Source of the DNA: Deltaproteobacteria bacterium
Lineage (GTDB): Bacteria > Myxococcota_A > UBA796 > SXON01
Assembly (NCBI GenBank): GCA_947445035.1
Contig: CANFCK010000001.1
Location: forward strand, 50,044 to 114,043
DNA: 64,000 nucleotides
Reading direction: 5' to 3'
Shown here piece by piece: positions 39,487 through 48,770 of the stretch. Within the stretch, counting starts at the first letter, position 1. Every line of letters begins with the position of its first letter. Made by a program: the position numbers and the translations under genes. The notes under the pieces are model-generated. The model was given only the letters and a program-made list of their open reading frames with translations, had not been told where the DNA came from and made no database searches.

Positions 39487-40283
39487 CGCTCGGGCGCGAC
39501 GCGCTACGCGGGGCGCTGGCCGCCCACGCGGCAACGGCCACGGGAATCCTGGTCGGCGAAGGCGTCGGTGTGGCCGGCGTTTGCGCGGGTCTGGCCGGCA
39601 ACCAGCTCCGCACCCCGCTGTCGGAGGCGGGTTCCGTGGGGGTTGCGATCGGCCTCGCGTTGGCCGGTCGAGCGCCGGTGGTAGAGCTCATCGATCTTGC
39701 GGGGCTCGGCCGCGCCGCGGAAGCGCTCGGCGAGGCGGCGGACGTGGCGCTGCGCAGTGGTGGGGCCTTTCGAGCCACGATCGTGGTTCTGGCGGCGCTG
39801 CCGGACACGGCGGTCATCCCGACGCTTCCACCGGGAGTGACGCTCGCGGTCGCGGGTGTGCCCGAGGACGCCGCGGGCTTGCTCGCGGCGGCGCTCGGGG
39901 GGGGCGGGCCCGTTGTCCTCCTCGTCGCGGAGGCGGCGCTCGACGAGCGCGGAGAAGGCCCTTTCGATCCCCTCGGGGTACCGACAGTGCGTCGCGCCGG
40001 GTCAGGCGCCACCGTGCTCGCGGAGGGGGCCGGGGTCGCGCTGGCGCTCGCCGTGCCCAGCGAGGCCGAGGTCATCGACCTACGTGGGTGTCGCGACCCG
40101 GTCAGGCTCGGAGCGCTCTTCGGGCGCACGGGCCGGGTGGTGCTCTTCAGCCACGGAACCCAGCCCCTGGTCGCGGCGTTGGGCGACCACTTCTGGCGCC
40201 TCGAAAGCCGACCCGTCTTCGTTCCCGTCTCCGGGGGCGCCGACGCGCTCCGGGCGGCGCTCACCGACTCGTTCTCTCCCTGA
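39483..40283 (+). CDS. Degenerate 2-oxoacid dehydrogenase E1-beta-like protein (266 aa)
   Basis: GEGVG, RTPLSEAGSVGVAIGLALAGRAPVVE, DAAGLL, EVIDLR, RTGRVV, FWRLESRP; the EIQF and HSQ motifs are absent. Confidence 0.8.
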   Translation: MTLGRDALRGALAAHAATATGILVGEGVGVAGVCAGLAGNQLRTPLSEAGSVGVAIGLALAGRAPVVELIDLAGLGRAAEALGEAADVALRSGGAFRATIVVLAALPDTAVIPTLPPGVTLAVAGVPEDAAGLLAAALGGGGPVVLLVAEAALDERGEGPFDPLGVPTVRRAGSGATVLAEGAGVALALAVPSEAEVIDLRGCRDPVRLGALFGRTGRVVLFSHGTQPLVAALGDHFWRLESRPVFVPVSGGADALRAALTDSFSP

Positions 40284-40293
40284 GGAAGCCCTG

Positions 40294-41595
40294 ATGTTCG
40301 TATTCGAGCTGCCGGAGATCGGCGAAGGTGTTGTCGAGGGCGAGATCGTGAGCTGGAAAATCGCCGCCGGCGAGATGGTGGCTATCGATCAGCCGATCTG
40401 CGAGATCATGACCGACAAGGCAACGGTGGAGATCAGCTCGCCGAAGTCCGGCCGCGTGGTGCGGCTGCACGGGGTTCCCGGCGACGTGATCAAGGTTCAC
40501 AGCGCGCTCATGGAGCTTGACCTGACTGGAGGCGGCGTCGCGGCCGCGCCGGCGGCCACCTCCGTTCCTGTCGCGACGCCCACCGCCAAGGCCGCGCCGC
40601 CACCCCCGGTAAAAACCTTGGCCAATGCCGCGACCACTCCCGCCGCCGGTCCCCACCCCGCGGTCGCCGCACGCCTGCCACCGCCGCCGCGTCCCGCTGG
40701 CGAAAAGGCCCTCGCCAGCCCTGCTGTCCGCCACGAAGCCAGTTCCCGCGGGGTCGAGTTGGACCTCGTCCCCGGCTCCGGAAAGGGCGGCCGTGTCACG
40801 CGTGACGACCTTGCCAGCTTCAACCAGGCCGCGCTGCCCAAGGCACCGCCCGCGCTCGTCGCCCCCATCGTCACCGCCGGCGCGGTGAACCAAGGTGACC
40901 AGCGGGTCCGGATCATCGGGCTCCGCCGCAAGATCAGCGAAAAGATGGTGCACGCCTGGCAGACGGCGCCGCACTTCACCTACGTCGATGAGCTCGACGC
41001 CAGCCGGTTGGTCGATCTCCGCAAATCCCTGGCTCCCCTCGCCGAAGCGCGCGGCGTCAAGCTCAGCTACCTGCCCTTCGTCATGAAGGCGCTGGTTTTG
41101 GTCTTCCGGGAGTTCCCGACGCTCAACGCGGTGATGGACGAGGCGAATTTCGACCTCATCGTCCGCGGCAACGTGAACATCGGGATCGCGACCGACACCC
41201 CAGCGGGGCTTTTCGTCCCGGTCATCAAGGATGTCCAGGCCAAGTCGCTTTTGCAGCTCGCGGCGGAGATCGCCGATGTCACCCAGCGCACCCGCGAAGG
41301 GAAGGCGAAGCTGGACGAGCTGAGCGGCGGCACGTTCACGATCACGTCGGTCGGCAACATCGGCGGGCGCTTCGCCACACCGATCCTCAATACTCCCGAG
41401 GTCGCCATCCTCGGCCTGAACCAGATTCACGACCGCCCGGTCGCGGTCGACGGCCTGGTGGTGATTCGACCGATGATGTACCTCTCGCCCAGCTTCGATC
41501 ATCGGGTGATCGACGGCGCGGTGGCCGCCCGCGCGGTCAGCGCGCTCAAGGCGATCCTCGAGAACCCAGCTCGACTTTTCGCGGACATGCTGTGA
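40294..41595 (+). CDS. Dihydrolipoamide acyltransferase (E2) of a 2-oxoacid dehydrogenase complex
   Basis: ATG 40294; lipoyl domain MTDKAT, binding domain ASPAVR...GSGKGGRVTRDD, catalytic GGTFTIT and DHRVIDGA. Confidence 0.95.
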   Translation: MFVFELPEIGEGVVEGEIVSWKIAAGEMVAIDQPICEIMTDKATVEISSPKSGRVVRLHGVPGDVIKVHSALMELDLTGGGVAAAPAATSVPVATPTAKAAPPPPVKTLANAATTPAAGPHPAVAARLPPPPRPAGEKALASPAVRHEASSRGVELDLVPGSGKGGRVTRDDLASFNQAALPKAPPALVAPIVTAGAVNQGDQRVRIIGLRRKISEKMVHAWQTAPHFTYVDELDASRLVDLRKSLAPLAEARGVKLSYLPFVMKALVLVFREFPTLNAVMDEANFDLIVRGNVNIGIATDTPAGLFVPVIKDVQAKSLLQLAAEIADVTQRTREGKAKLDELSGGTFTITSVGNIGGRFATPILNTPEVAILGLNQIHDRPVAVDGLVVIRPMMYLSPSFDHRVIDGAVAARAVSALKAILENPARLFADML

Positions 41596-42152
41596 ACGGC
41601 GACAGCCCCAACGGTTTTCGCACCTGGTGCGAGGCGCAGCCCGCCGCCTCCGGGGTGCTCGGCGTCGCAGCGCTGGTGGAAGGCGTTGTCGCAGCGGTGC
41701 CGAAGCGGGCATGGCTTTTCCCCGGGCGGCGGGAGCGTGGTGCGGCGATCCTCCGCGGGGCCGATGCGGAGCGGATCGCAGCGGCGCGGCCGTACAAAGT
41801 GGTGCCCCCTGGGGAGTCCCCTTCGGTGCGCGCGCTGACCGCCGTGGGCGTCGCGATCGCGGGCGAGCCCGCGGTCTGCTTCCTCGGCACGGGCTCGGTC
41901 AGCTACGGCAACGTCTCCGAGGCCTTGAACCTCGCCGCGCTGCACAAGGCGCCGGTGGTCTTCGTGGTGTCCTGGTACGGCGAGGATGGCCCCTTCGCGC
42001 CGCAGTTGGCGGTCTCGCCCGCGGTTTATGGCGCGGCCCTCGGGCTGGCGACGGCGACTTGTGACGGGGCCGACGCGGACAGCGTGAGCGCCGCGGTGAA
42101 GAAGGTGGGGGCCGGCCCAGCGCTGGTGGTTGCGACGATGCCGCATGGCTGA
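41592..42152 (+). CDS. Degenerate, truncated E1-alpha-like protein (186 aa)
   Basis: WLFPGRRERG, AVGVAIA, CFLGTGSVSYGNVSEALNLAALHKAPVVFVV, CDGADADSV, GPALVVA; GDG changed to GTG, NN absent, no HS loop. Confidence 0.78.
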   Translation: MNGDSPNGFRTWCEAQPAASGVLGVAALVEGVVAAVPKRAWLFPGRRERGAAILRGADAERIAAARPYKVVPPGESPSVRALTAVGVAIAGEPAVCFLGTGSVSYGNVSEALNLAALHKAPVVFVVSWYGEDGPFAPQLAVSPAVYGAALGLATATCDGADADSVSAAVKKVGAGPALVVATMPHG

Positions 42153-42837
42153 GGACCACTGGGAGGTCTTGGACGCCGCGCTTCCGCTGGTTGGCCTCCG
42201 CTACGGACCCCAGGACACGCGCATGGCCCTGGTCGGCCTGGGCGGCGGTGATTTGCTGGTGATGAGCCCGGGGTCGGGGCTGTCGGAGCTCGAGTGGGCG
42301 CGGATCGCCGAGTTCGGCACGCCGCGCTGGCTCCTGGCGCCCAACCACTTTCACAGCGCGGGCATCGGCGCGTGGAAGGAGCGGTATCCGCGCGTGCGGG
42401 TCGTCGCCCATCCCACCGCGATCCCTCGACTGAAAATCAAGGTGCCGACGGTGGAGTTCGAGGACGTCTCCAGCTTGGCGGTCGCTTTGCCCACCTCGGT
42501 GCGGTTGATGCACCCACCGACCACCAAGCAAGGGGAGACCTGGCTTTCCATGCGCGTGGGCGTCGGTTGCGCGTGGTTCGTCACCGACGGCCTCGTCAAC
42601 GAGACCAAGCTTCCCGGCTTGTTGGGCGGGTTGATGTGGCTCATCGGGTTTCGGGCCCGGCTGATGGTGAATCCGCTGTTCAAACGGATTTTCCTCCGCG
42701 ATCTCGCGGCGTACCAAGCCTGGGTGCTCGGAGAGTTGGAGCGAGACGCGCCGACCCTGTTCATCCCTTCCCATGGGGCCGTCATCCGCGGCGAGGACAC
42801 CACGGCGCGGCTGCGGGCGGCGGTCGAGCAAGGATGA
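42145..42837 (+). CDS. Metallo-beta-lactamase-fold (DUF4336-like) protein
   Basis: TRMALV.L..G.LLVMSP, LAPNHFH, IPSHG. Confidence 0.75.
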   Translation: MAEDHWEVLDAALPLVGLRYGPQDTRMALVGLGGGDLLVMSPGSGLSELEWARIAEFGTPRWLLAPNHFHSAGIGAWKERYPRVRVVAHPTAIPRLKIKVPTVEFEDVSSLAVALPTSVRLMHPPTTKQGETWLSMRVGVGCAWFVTDGLVNETKLPGLLGGLMWLIGFRARLMVNPLFKRIFLRDLAAYQAWVLGELERDAPTLFIPSHGAVIRGEDTTARLRAAVEQG

Positions 42838-42853
42838 GGCGTTGATCGGGCCC

Positions 42854-43798
42854 TTACCCCTCCCACCACTCCCGCGGCAAGACCACCTCCGCCTCTTCCT
42901 CCGCCTCGGGAATCGGCCAGATGTCGCCCCAGAGCGACTGCCCCCCGTCCATGGTCAGCACCTGCCCGGTGACAAACGCCGCCGCTGGCGACAGCAAGAA
43001 CGCGATGCCGGCGGCGATCTCCTCGGCCGTCGCGAAACGTTTCATCGGCACCCGCCGCTGGAAGTCCTGGAGGTCCACCACGCCCGCCGGGTAGTTGCGA
43101 AAGCCCGAGCTGGCGACCAGGCCGGGTGCCACGCAGTTGACGCGCACCCCGCGGCCCGCCCACTCCACCGCCAAGGTTCGCGACAAGGCCTCGACGCCCG
43201 CGCGCGCGGCGACGCTGTGGGCCATCCCCGGAAAGCCCCGCCGGGACAACATCGTGACGTTGCAGATCGCGCCGCCGTGGTCCAACATCCACGCTTTCGC
43301 GACCGCCTGGGTGACCCCCCACTGCCCGGTCAGGTTGGTGGCAACCACCGCATCCCACCCACGGGGCGTGATGGCCTCAGCGGGGGAAAAGAACTGGCCC
43401 CCTCCGTTGTTCACCAGCAGGTCTATGCGTCCGAAACGACCGAGGGTGGCGGCCACCAGTCGATCGATCGCGTCGCGATCGCGCACGTCGCACACCACGC
43501 CGAGCACCTCGCGCCCCAGCTCCTCGGAGAGCCCCTTCGCCGCCGGGGCGATGTTGCTGTCCCTCCGGGAGGCAATGGCCACCTGGGCCCCCATCCGTCC
43601 AAGCTGGCGTGCCGTCGCGACACCGATACCGGTTCCACCCCCGGTCACCAGCGCTACTTTGCCGATGAACACGTCGTCGCGGAGGACCGAAGCCGCCGCG
43701 ATCGCCGCGTCCGCGCGCCCTTGCAGCGGGTCCTTGGCGTCAGCCACGGACGGCGGCGGCCAGCTCGCTGCGGGGCACGGCTCGCTGCTGGCTGTCAC
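42854..43798 (-). CDS. SDR oxidoreductase (trans-2-enoyl-CoA reductase/AtuB-like)
   Basis: TGGGTGIG, LVNNGGGQF, GMAHSVAARAGV, RVNCVAPG; the true start may be the GTG near 43747. Confidence 0.9.
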   Translation of the reverse strand: MTASSEPCPAASWPPPSVADAKDPLQGRADAAIAAASVLRDDVFIGKVALVTGGGTGIGVATARQLGRMGAQVAIASRRDSNIAPAAKGLSEELGREVLGVVCDVRDRDAIDRLVAATLGRFGRIDLLVNNGGGQFFSPAEAITPRGWDAVVATNLTGQWGVTQAVAKAWMLDHGGAICNVTMLSRRGFPGMAHSVAARAGVEALSRTLAVEWAGRGVRVNCVAPGLVASSGFRNYPAGVVDLQDFQRRVPMKRFATAEEIAAGIAFLLSPAAAFVTGQVLTMDGGQSLWGDIWPIPEAEEEAEVVLPREWWEG

Positions 43799-45032
43799 GA
43801 AGGTCCTTCAGGGCCACCACGCCGGCGTCGACCTCGTCCGGGCCGAGCACCACGGCGTACGGAATCCCGCGCCCTGCGGCATATTTGAACTGTTTCCCGA
43901 GGGCGCCCGGCTCGCCCAACCACACCTCCGCCTCGACCCCCGCCGCCCGCAGCTCGGTGGCCACTCGTAGCGAGGCACCATCGAGCTCATGGGAGAATCG
44001 CGTCACCAGGACGCGCGTCCGCGTGCCCGAGCTAGGAAGCATGCCGCGCTCTTCCATGACCACCAGGAGCCGTTCCAGACCCAGCGAGATGCCCACGGCC
44101 GGCACGCTGCGGCCGCTGAACATGCCCACCAGCCCGTCGTATCGACCCCCGCCGGAGACCGAGCCGACGCCGCCGTCGGTGATCACTGCCTCGAAAACGG
44201 GGCCGGTGTAGTACCCGAGACCGCGCGCCAACGTCGCGTCGAAGACGACGTTCTTGGCGCCCATCGCCGCGGCGTGGGCCAGCACCTGTCGCAGCTCGGC
44301 CGCAGGGCCCGCGGCGGCTTCGCCAGCCGCCGCTTCGACCGCAGCCAGATCGCCCGGCGCGGCGAGGATTTCCCAGAGGCGGGCGACCACCGCGTCCTCG
44401 AAGCCACGGGCGCTCAGCTCTTTGCTCACCCCTTCGATGCCGATCTTGTCGAGCTTGTCGACGGCGACGAGCACCTCGCCCTCGCGAGCGGCCGCGCCCG
44501 CCGCGGCGACGATCGCGCTGAGCAGGGCGCGGTGGTTGAGCTTCAGCTCGAAGTCCTTGAATCCCAACGCGCAAAGGGCGTCGCTGGCCACCGCCAGGCA
44601 CTCGGCATCGGCCACGCGGGAGTTGATGCCGACAATGTCAGCGTCGCACTGGTAAAACTCGCGGAATCGCCCCCGCTGGGGCCGATCCGCCCGCCACACC
44701 GGCTGCACCTGGTAGCGCTTGAAGGGCATGGGCAACGCCGCGTTCTGCGCGACAACCCGTGCCAGGGGCACGGTCAGGTCGTATCGCAACGCGAGGTCGG
44801 CCTTGCCCTCTCGCCCGCCTTCGCCCCGCTCAAGGATGCGGAAGATGAGCTTTTCGCCTTCGTCGCCGTATTTCCCGGTGAGCGTCTCGACGTTTTCGAA
44901 GGCTGGGGTCTCGAGCGGCTCGAACCCGTAGCGGGCGAAGACCTCGCGGATGACGCCGATCACGTGCAAGCGGGCGTGCATCTGGGCGGGCAAAAGGTCT
45001 CGGGTGCCGCGGGCGTTCTTGACGGGGCTCAT
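43740..45032 (-). CDS. hisS: Histidine--tRNA ligase
   Basis: ATG 45032; RGTRD, LRYDLTVP, RPQRGRFREFYQCDAD, RGLGYYTG, GGGRYDGL, anticodon domain. Confidence 0.97.
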   Translation of the reverse strand: MSPVKNARGTRDLLPAQMHARLHVIGVIREVFARYGFEPLETPAFENVETLTGKYGDEGEKLIFRILERGEGGREGKADLALRYDLTVPLARVVAQNAALPMPFKRYQVQPVWRADRPQRGRFREFYQCDADIVGINSRVADAECLAVASDALCALGFKDFELKLNHRALLSAIVAAAGAAAREGEVLVAVDKLDKIGIEGVSKELSARGFEDAVVARLWEILAAPGDLAAVEAAAGEAAAGPAAELRQVLAHAAAMGAKNVVFDATLARGLGYYTGPVFEAVITDGGVGSVSGGGRYDGLVGMFSGRSVPAVGISLGLERLLVVMEERGMLPSSGTRTRVLVTRFSHELDGASLRVATELRAAGVEAEVWLGEPGALGKQFKYAAGRGIPYAVVLGPDEVDAGVVALKDLRDSQQRAVPRSELAAAVRG

Positions 45033-45119
45033 CGGGGTTGAATAACCCGGCCGCCGGCCGCCTCTCCCCGCCCGCCCAGCCGCAGCGCGCACAACAGGCG
45101 TCGCGACGGGATGGGCAAC

Positions 45120-48014
45120 TTAGTCCCCACCCTCATCCAGCGCCGGCCGCACGCCGCGTTCATCGCGCACAAAACCCGCATTGGGCGAAGGTTCGATGGG
45201 CAAGATCGGCAACTGCACGTGCCCGTGCGCGGCGCGCTCGTCGCTCGCGGACAGGTGGACCTCGGCCTTGGGACGCGGCCTCGCTTCGGCCGGAGTCGGC
45301 GCTGCCGCCGCGTAGGCAGGCGCGACGGCTACCGCGGTTGCCTCAGCCGGACGCCGGCCGCCAAAGTAGATGATCTGCTTCCACGAGCGGCTGATCTCGT
45401 CGCCGAAGACCAACACGATGTCCCCTGGCGCGGCGCGGCCGAGCGCATGGTCGATGGCCTCCACCTCGGACTCGAACCGCACGATCTGCTCGCTGCGGAC
45501 GCCGTTCCGGAGCAGCTCCGCCTCCAACATGCCGGTGATCTCACCCTCGGCCCGGCCGCGACGGTCATCGTCGGCCTTGCACACGAAGATATCGAAGCTC
45601 GATGAGATACGACGGGCGATACCAAATACGTCCTCATCCCGACGATCGCCCGGGGCGCTCGCGACGATGATGCGTTTTCCTCCTGGGCGCAGCCCGTTGT
45701 CGGCGGCCAGGCGGTCCACCAAAGAGCACATCGCGTCGATGGCGGCCGGGTTGTGGCCGTAGTCGAGGATGACCTTGAAGCCGAGTTGTTCGTAGACGTT
45801 TCCGCGCCCGGGCGCCTGAAAGAACGTGGTGTCGAAGGTGCGCAGGCCGTGGCGGATGTCCTCCAAGCGCACATCCATCGACCACGCCATCGCGGCGGCA
45901 AACATCGCGTTCTGTACGTTGTGGAGCGCTTTGCCCTCCAGCGTGGCGGGGATCAGGTGGGTCCACAAAAGCGGCATGTGGGCACCGTTGTCGTAGATCG
46001 CGATCATCTGGCCGTTGAGGCCGGCTTCCAGCGCCACCGCGCGCCCGCCAGCGCGGATGTGTTCGCGCACCAGCGCATTGTCGGCGCGCATCGTCACCCA
46101 GCAGATCGTCTTGGCGACGGAAGTCTCCGCCATCCGGAGGCAGTGCGGATCGTCGGCGTTGAGCACGATAGTGTCGCGAGCCACTTCAATCGGGATGCGC
46201 TTGACCTCGGCAAGCTGCTCCAGGGTGTGGACGCCGCCGAGCCCAAGGTGATCGGCCGCGACGTTGAGACAAGCGGCGACGTCAGGATGGCGGTACCCCA
46301 GCCCGGCGCGGAGCAGCCCCCCACGGGCCGTCTCCAGAACCGCGACGGTGACGTGCGGATCGGTGAGCACCATGCGAGAAGCGACCGGGCCGGTCATGTC
46401 GCCAGAGACTGTCAGCCGGCCGTCGATGTACACGCCGTCCGTGGTCGTCATGCCCACCGTCTCGCCCCGGAGCTTGTGAATGTGGGCGAGCATGCGGGTG
46501 GTGGTCGTCTTGCCGTTGGTCCCGGTCACGGCCGCGATTGGAATGCGGCTTTTGCTGCCGGCGGGGAAGAGCATATCGAGCACCTTACCTGCCACATCCC
46601 TACTCTTTCCCTCACTCGGGTACACGTGCATGCGGAAGCCCGGCGCGGCGTTGACCTCGCAGATGCCGCCCCCCACATCCTTCCAGCTTCGCGAGATGTC
46701 AAGAGAAAGAAAATCGACGCCGCAGACGTCCAGGCCGACCGCGGCCGCACCGCGAATGGCCATTTCGCGGTTGTCGGGGTGGCAGACATCGGTCTGATCG
46801 ATGGCCGTTCCGCCCGTCGACAGGTTCGCCGTGCTGCGCAAATAGAAGCGCTCCCCGGGTGGGAGCACCGTCGCGACCGTGTGCCCGGACTTTTCCAAAA
46901 TCCGCATTGCCTGCTCGTCAAGCTCGATCCGCGTCAGCTCCTTCTCATGGCCGATGCCGCGGCGGGGGTCGCGGTTGACCGCCACTACCAGCGCGGTGAT
47001 GTCGCGCTCGCCGTCGCCGACGACGTGGCCGGGCACACGTTTGGAAACCGCGACAAGCTCGCCGTTGACGACCAGCATCCGGTGATCAAAACCCTGGATG
47101 AAGCTCTCGACCAGCACGGTGTTGGAGTGCTCGAACGCGCCAGCGAAGGCCACCCGAACCTGCTCGGGCGTGGTGAGCCCGATCGACACGCCACGCCCAT
47201 GGTTCGCGTCCAGCGGCTTGACGACGACGGGGTAGCCGATGCTGACGGCGGCCTCCACCGCGTCCTCCACCTCGGTCACCTGCTCCTGCTTCGGGACCGG
47301 GAGGCCGAGATCCCCGAGGATGCGATTGGTGAGTTCTTTGTCGCCCGCGATGTCCACGGCGATGTGCCGGGTGTCGCTGGTGATGGTGGCCTGGATGCGC
47401 TTCTGGCGGTGGCCATGCCCGAATTGTACGAGCGAACCTGAACTCAGGCGCACCCAAGGGATGTCTCGCGCCTCGGCCGCACGGACCAAGGAAGCAGTGC
47501 TCGGTCCAAACGCCCGGGTTTCAGCGCCGCGAATCAGGGCGTGCAGCTCGGTGACGAAGTCGAAAAGCGGGTCGGGCTCGGCGTTTCCACGAAGCGACTC
47601 GGGCAGAAGTGCGTGCAGCAGGCGCAACGCGAGCTGCCCCGCGCGCTCACCCACCCACGAATCCTCGTACTCGTAGACCATGGTGTACTGCCCTACGACA
47701 CCGTTCCCGCGGGTCTTTCCGAAGCTGACCCGGGCACCCGCGAGGTTCTGCAATTCGATGGCGACGTGCTCCATCACGTGCCCCATCCACGTGCCCCCGT
47801 CCTCACGCAGCCGGCGTACGAAGCCGCCGGCCTCCCCGAAAGAGCATCCGTGCTCGCCCAGCGACGGGACCGCCGAAAGCAGGCGGTCGACAAAACCGGG
47901 GATGGCGGCCGAAGGCGCGTCTTCCAACGGACCAAGCTCCAAGGTCATGCGGATGACCTTGAAGTTGGCGTAGAGGTTGGGTCCTACGTAGACGCGCTTG
48001 TCGAGTACCTGCAC
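45120..48014 (-). CDS. cphA: Cyanophycin synthetase CphA1
   Basis: HGCS...GTWMGHVMEH N-domain, ATP-grasp (KPLDANHGRG, NLSTGG, EVNAAPGFRMH), Mur-ligase part (GTNGKTT, ETARGG, DYGHN). Confidence 0.96.
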   Translation of the reverse strand: MQVLDKRVYVGPNLYANFKVIRMTLELGPLEDAPSAAIPGFVDRLLSAVPSLGEHGCSFGEAGGFVRRLREDGGTWMGHVMEHVAIELQNLAGARVSFGKTRGNGVVGQYTMVYEYEDSWVGERAGQLALRLLHALLPESLRGNAEPDPLFDFVTELHALIRGAETRAFGPSTASLVRAAEARDIPWVRLSSGSLVQFGHGHRQKRIQATITSDTRHIAVDIAGDKELTNRILGDLGLPVPKQEQVTEVEDAVEAAVSIGYPVVVKPLDANHGRGVSIGLTTPEQVRVAFAGAFEHSNTVLVESFIQGFDHRMLVVNGELVAVSKRVPGHVVGDGERDITALVVAVNRDPRRGIGHEKELTRIELDEQAMRILEKSGHTVATVLPPGERFYLRSTANLSTGGTAIDQTDVCHPDNREMAIRGAAAVGLDVCGVDFLSLDISRSWKDVGGGICEVNAAPGFRMHVYPSEGKSRDVAGKVLDMLFPAGSKSRIPIAAVTGTNGKTTTTRMLAHIHKLRGETVGMTTTDGVYIDGRLTVSGDMTGPVASRMVLTDPHVTVAVLETARGGLLRAGLGYRHPDVAACLNVAADHLGLGGVHTLEQLAEVKRIPIEVARDTIVLNADDPHCLRMAETSVAKTICWVTMRADNALVREHIRAGGRAVALEAGLNGQMIAIYDNGAHMPLLWTHLIPATLEGKALHNVQNAMFAAAMAWSMDVRLEDIRHGLRTFDTTFFQAPGRGNVYEQLGFKVILDYGHNPAAIDAMCSLVDRLAADNGLRPGGKRIIVASAPGDRRDEDVFGIARRISSSFDIFVCKADDDRRGRAEGEITGMLEAELLRNGVRSEQIVRFESEVEAIDHALGRAAPGDIVLVFGDEISRSWKQIIYFGGRRPAEATAVAVAPAYAAAAPTPAEARPRPKAEVHLSASDERAAHGHVQLPILPIEPSPNAGFVRDERGVRPALDEGGD

Positions 48015-48032
48015 GAAACCCCCCGAAGGGGG

Positions 48033-48746
48033 TCAGTTAACAATGTAGTTGTAGTCCACGCGGGTGGTGCCGCCGGGGCAGGTGACCGCCGCCGGCGCGC
48101 TGTTCACACCATCAACCTTGTATTGCCAGCTGACCTGATCGTACTGGGTGCCGCCATGGGTCTGTTTGACCCTGGGCCAGTGGAAAGTGCCGTCGTAACA
48201 ACAGGTTTCGAGGTGGCGGACCTTGCCGTTGCCGTTGGCGGTCGGCCGCACGAAGACGTCGGCGTTTCCGGTGCTCGCCGTCCCTCCTACCGTCTGGTGC
48301 GCGGTGACGTGGTAAAGGCCGGGCTGCAAGCTCAAGATCGGGTTGGCGTTGACCTGGGCGGTCCACGGACCGGCGCCCACCACCGCCGGGCAGTTCGTGC
48401 CGTTGGTGCACAGCGCGACATTAAACGTGTTCTTGGTGCTGCCAGCAAGCCAACCCGGCGTCCCGGCGGCACAGTTCGTGGAGCCGCCGTAGGTGTCCTT
48501 CACCGGCAGGAAAAGCCAGTCCGACGTCACGACCGGGCTGGTGGAGATGACGCGCGGCCAACTGAACGACGGCGAGCCGCAGACGGTCTCGACCTCCGTT
48601 CCGCTCGGCGCGATCCCGGCGCCGGTGGAACCGACCGAGAAGACGACCGCCACGTTGTTCCCGGTGGAGTCGCGACCGAAGACGCCGTACTCACCTTCGT
48701 GCATCTCGGCGTCGGCGGGGTTGGCGAGGAAAATCAGGGTAAACAT
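48033..48746 (-). CDS. Secreted Cys/Thr/Gly-rich hypothetical protein (237 aa)
   Basis: Short signal MFTLIFLANPADA, RBS-like aggag upstream, several Cys, good coding bias. Confidence 0.8.
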   Translation of the reverse strand: MFTLIFLANPADAEMHEGEYGVFGRDSTGNNVAVVFSVGSTGAGIAPSGTEVETVCGSPSFSWPRVISTSPVVTSDWLFLPVKDTYGGSTNCAAGTPGWLAGSTKNTFNVALCTNGTNCPAVVGAGPWTAQVNANPILSLQPGLYHVTAHQTVGGTASTGNADVFVRPTANGNGKVRHLETCCYDGTFHWPRVKQTHGGTQYDQVSWQYKVDGVNSAPAAVTCPGGTTRVDYNYIVN

Positions 48747-48770
48747 GAGGAGGCTCCTAGGTGCGCAACT

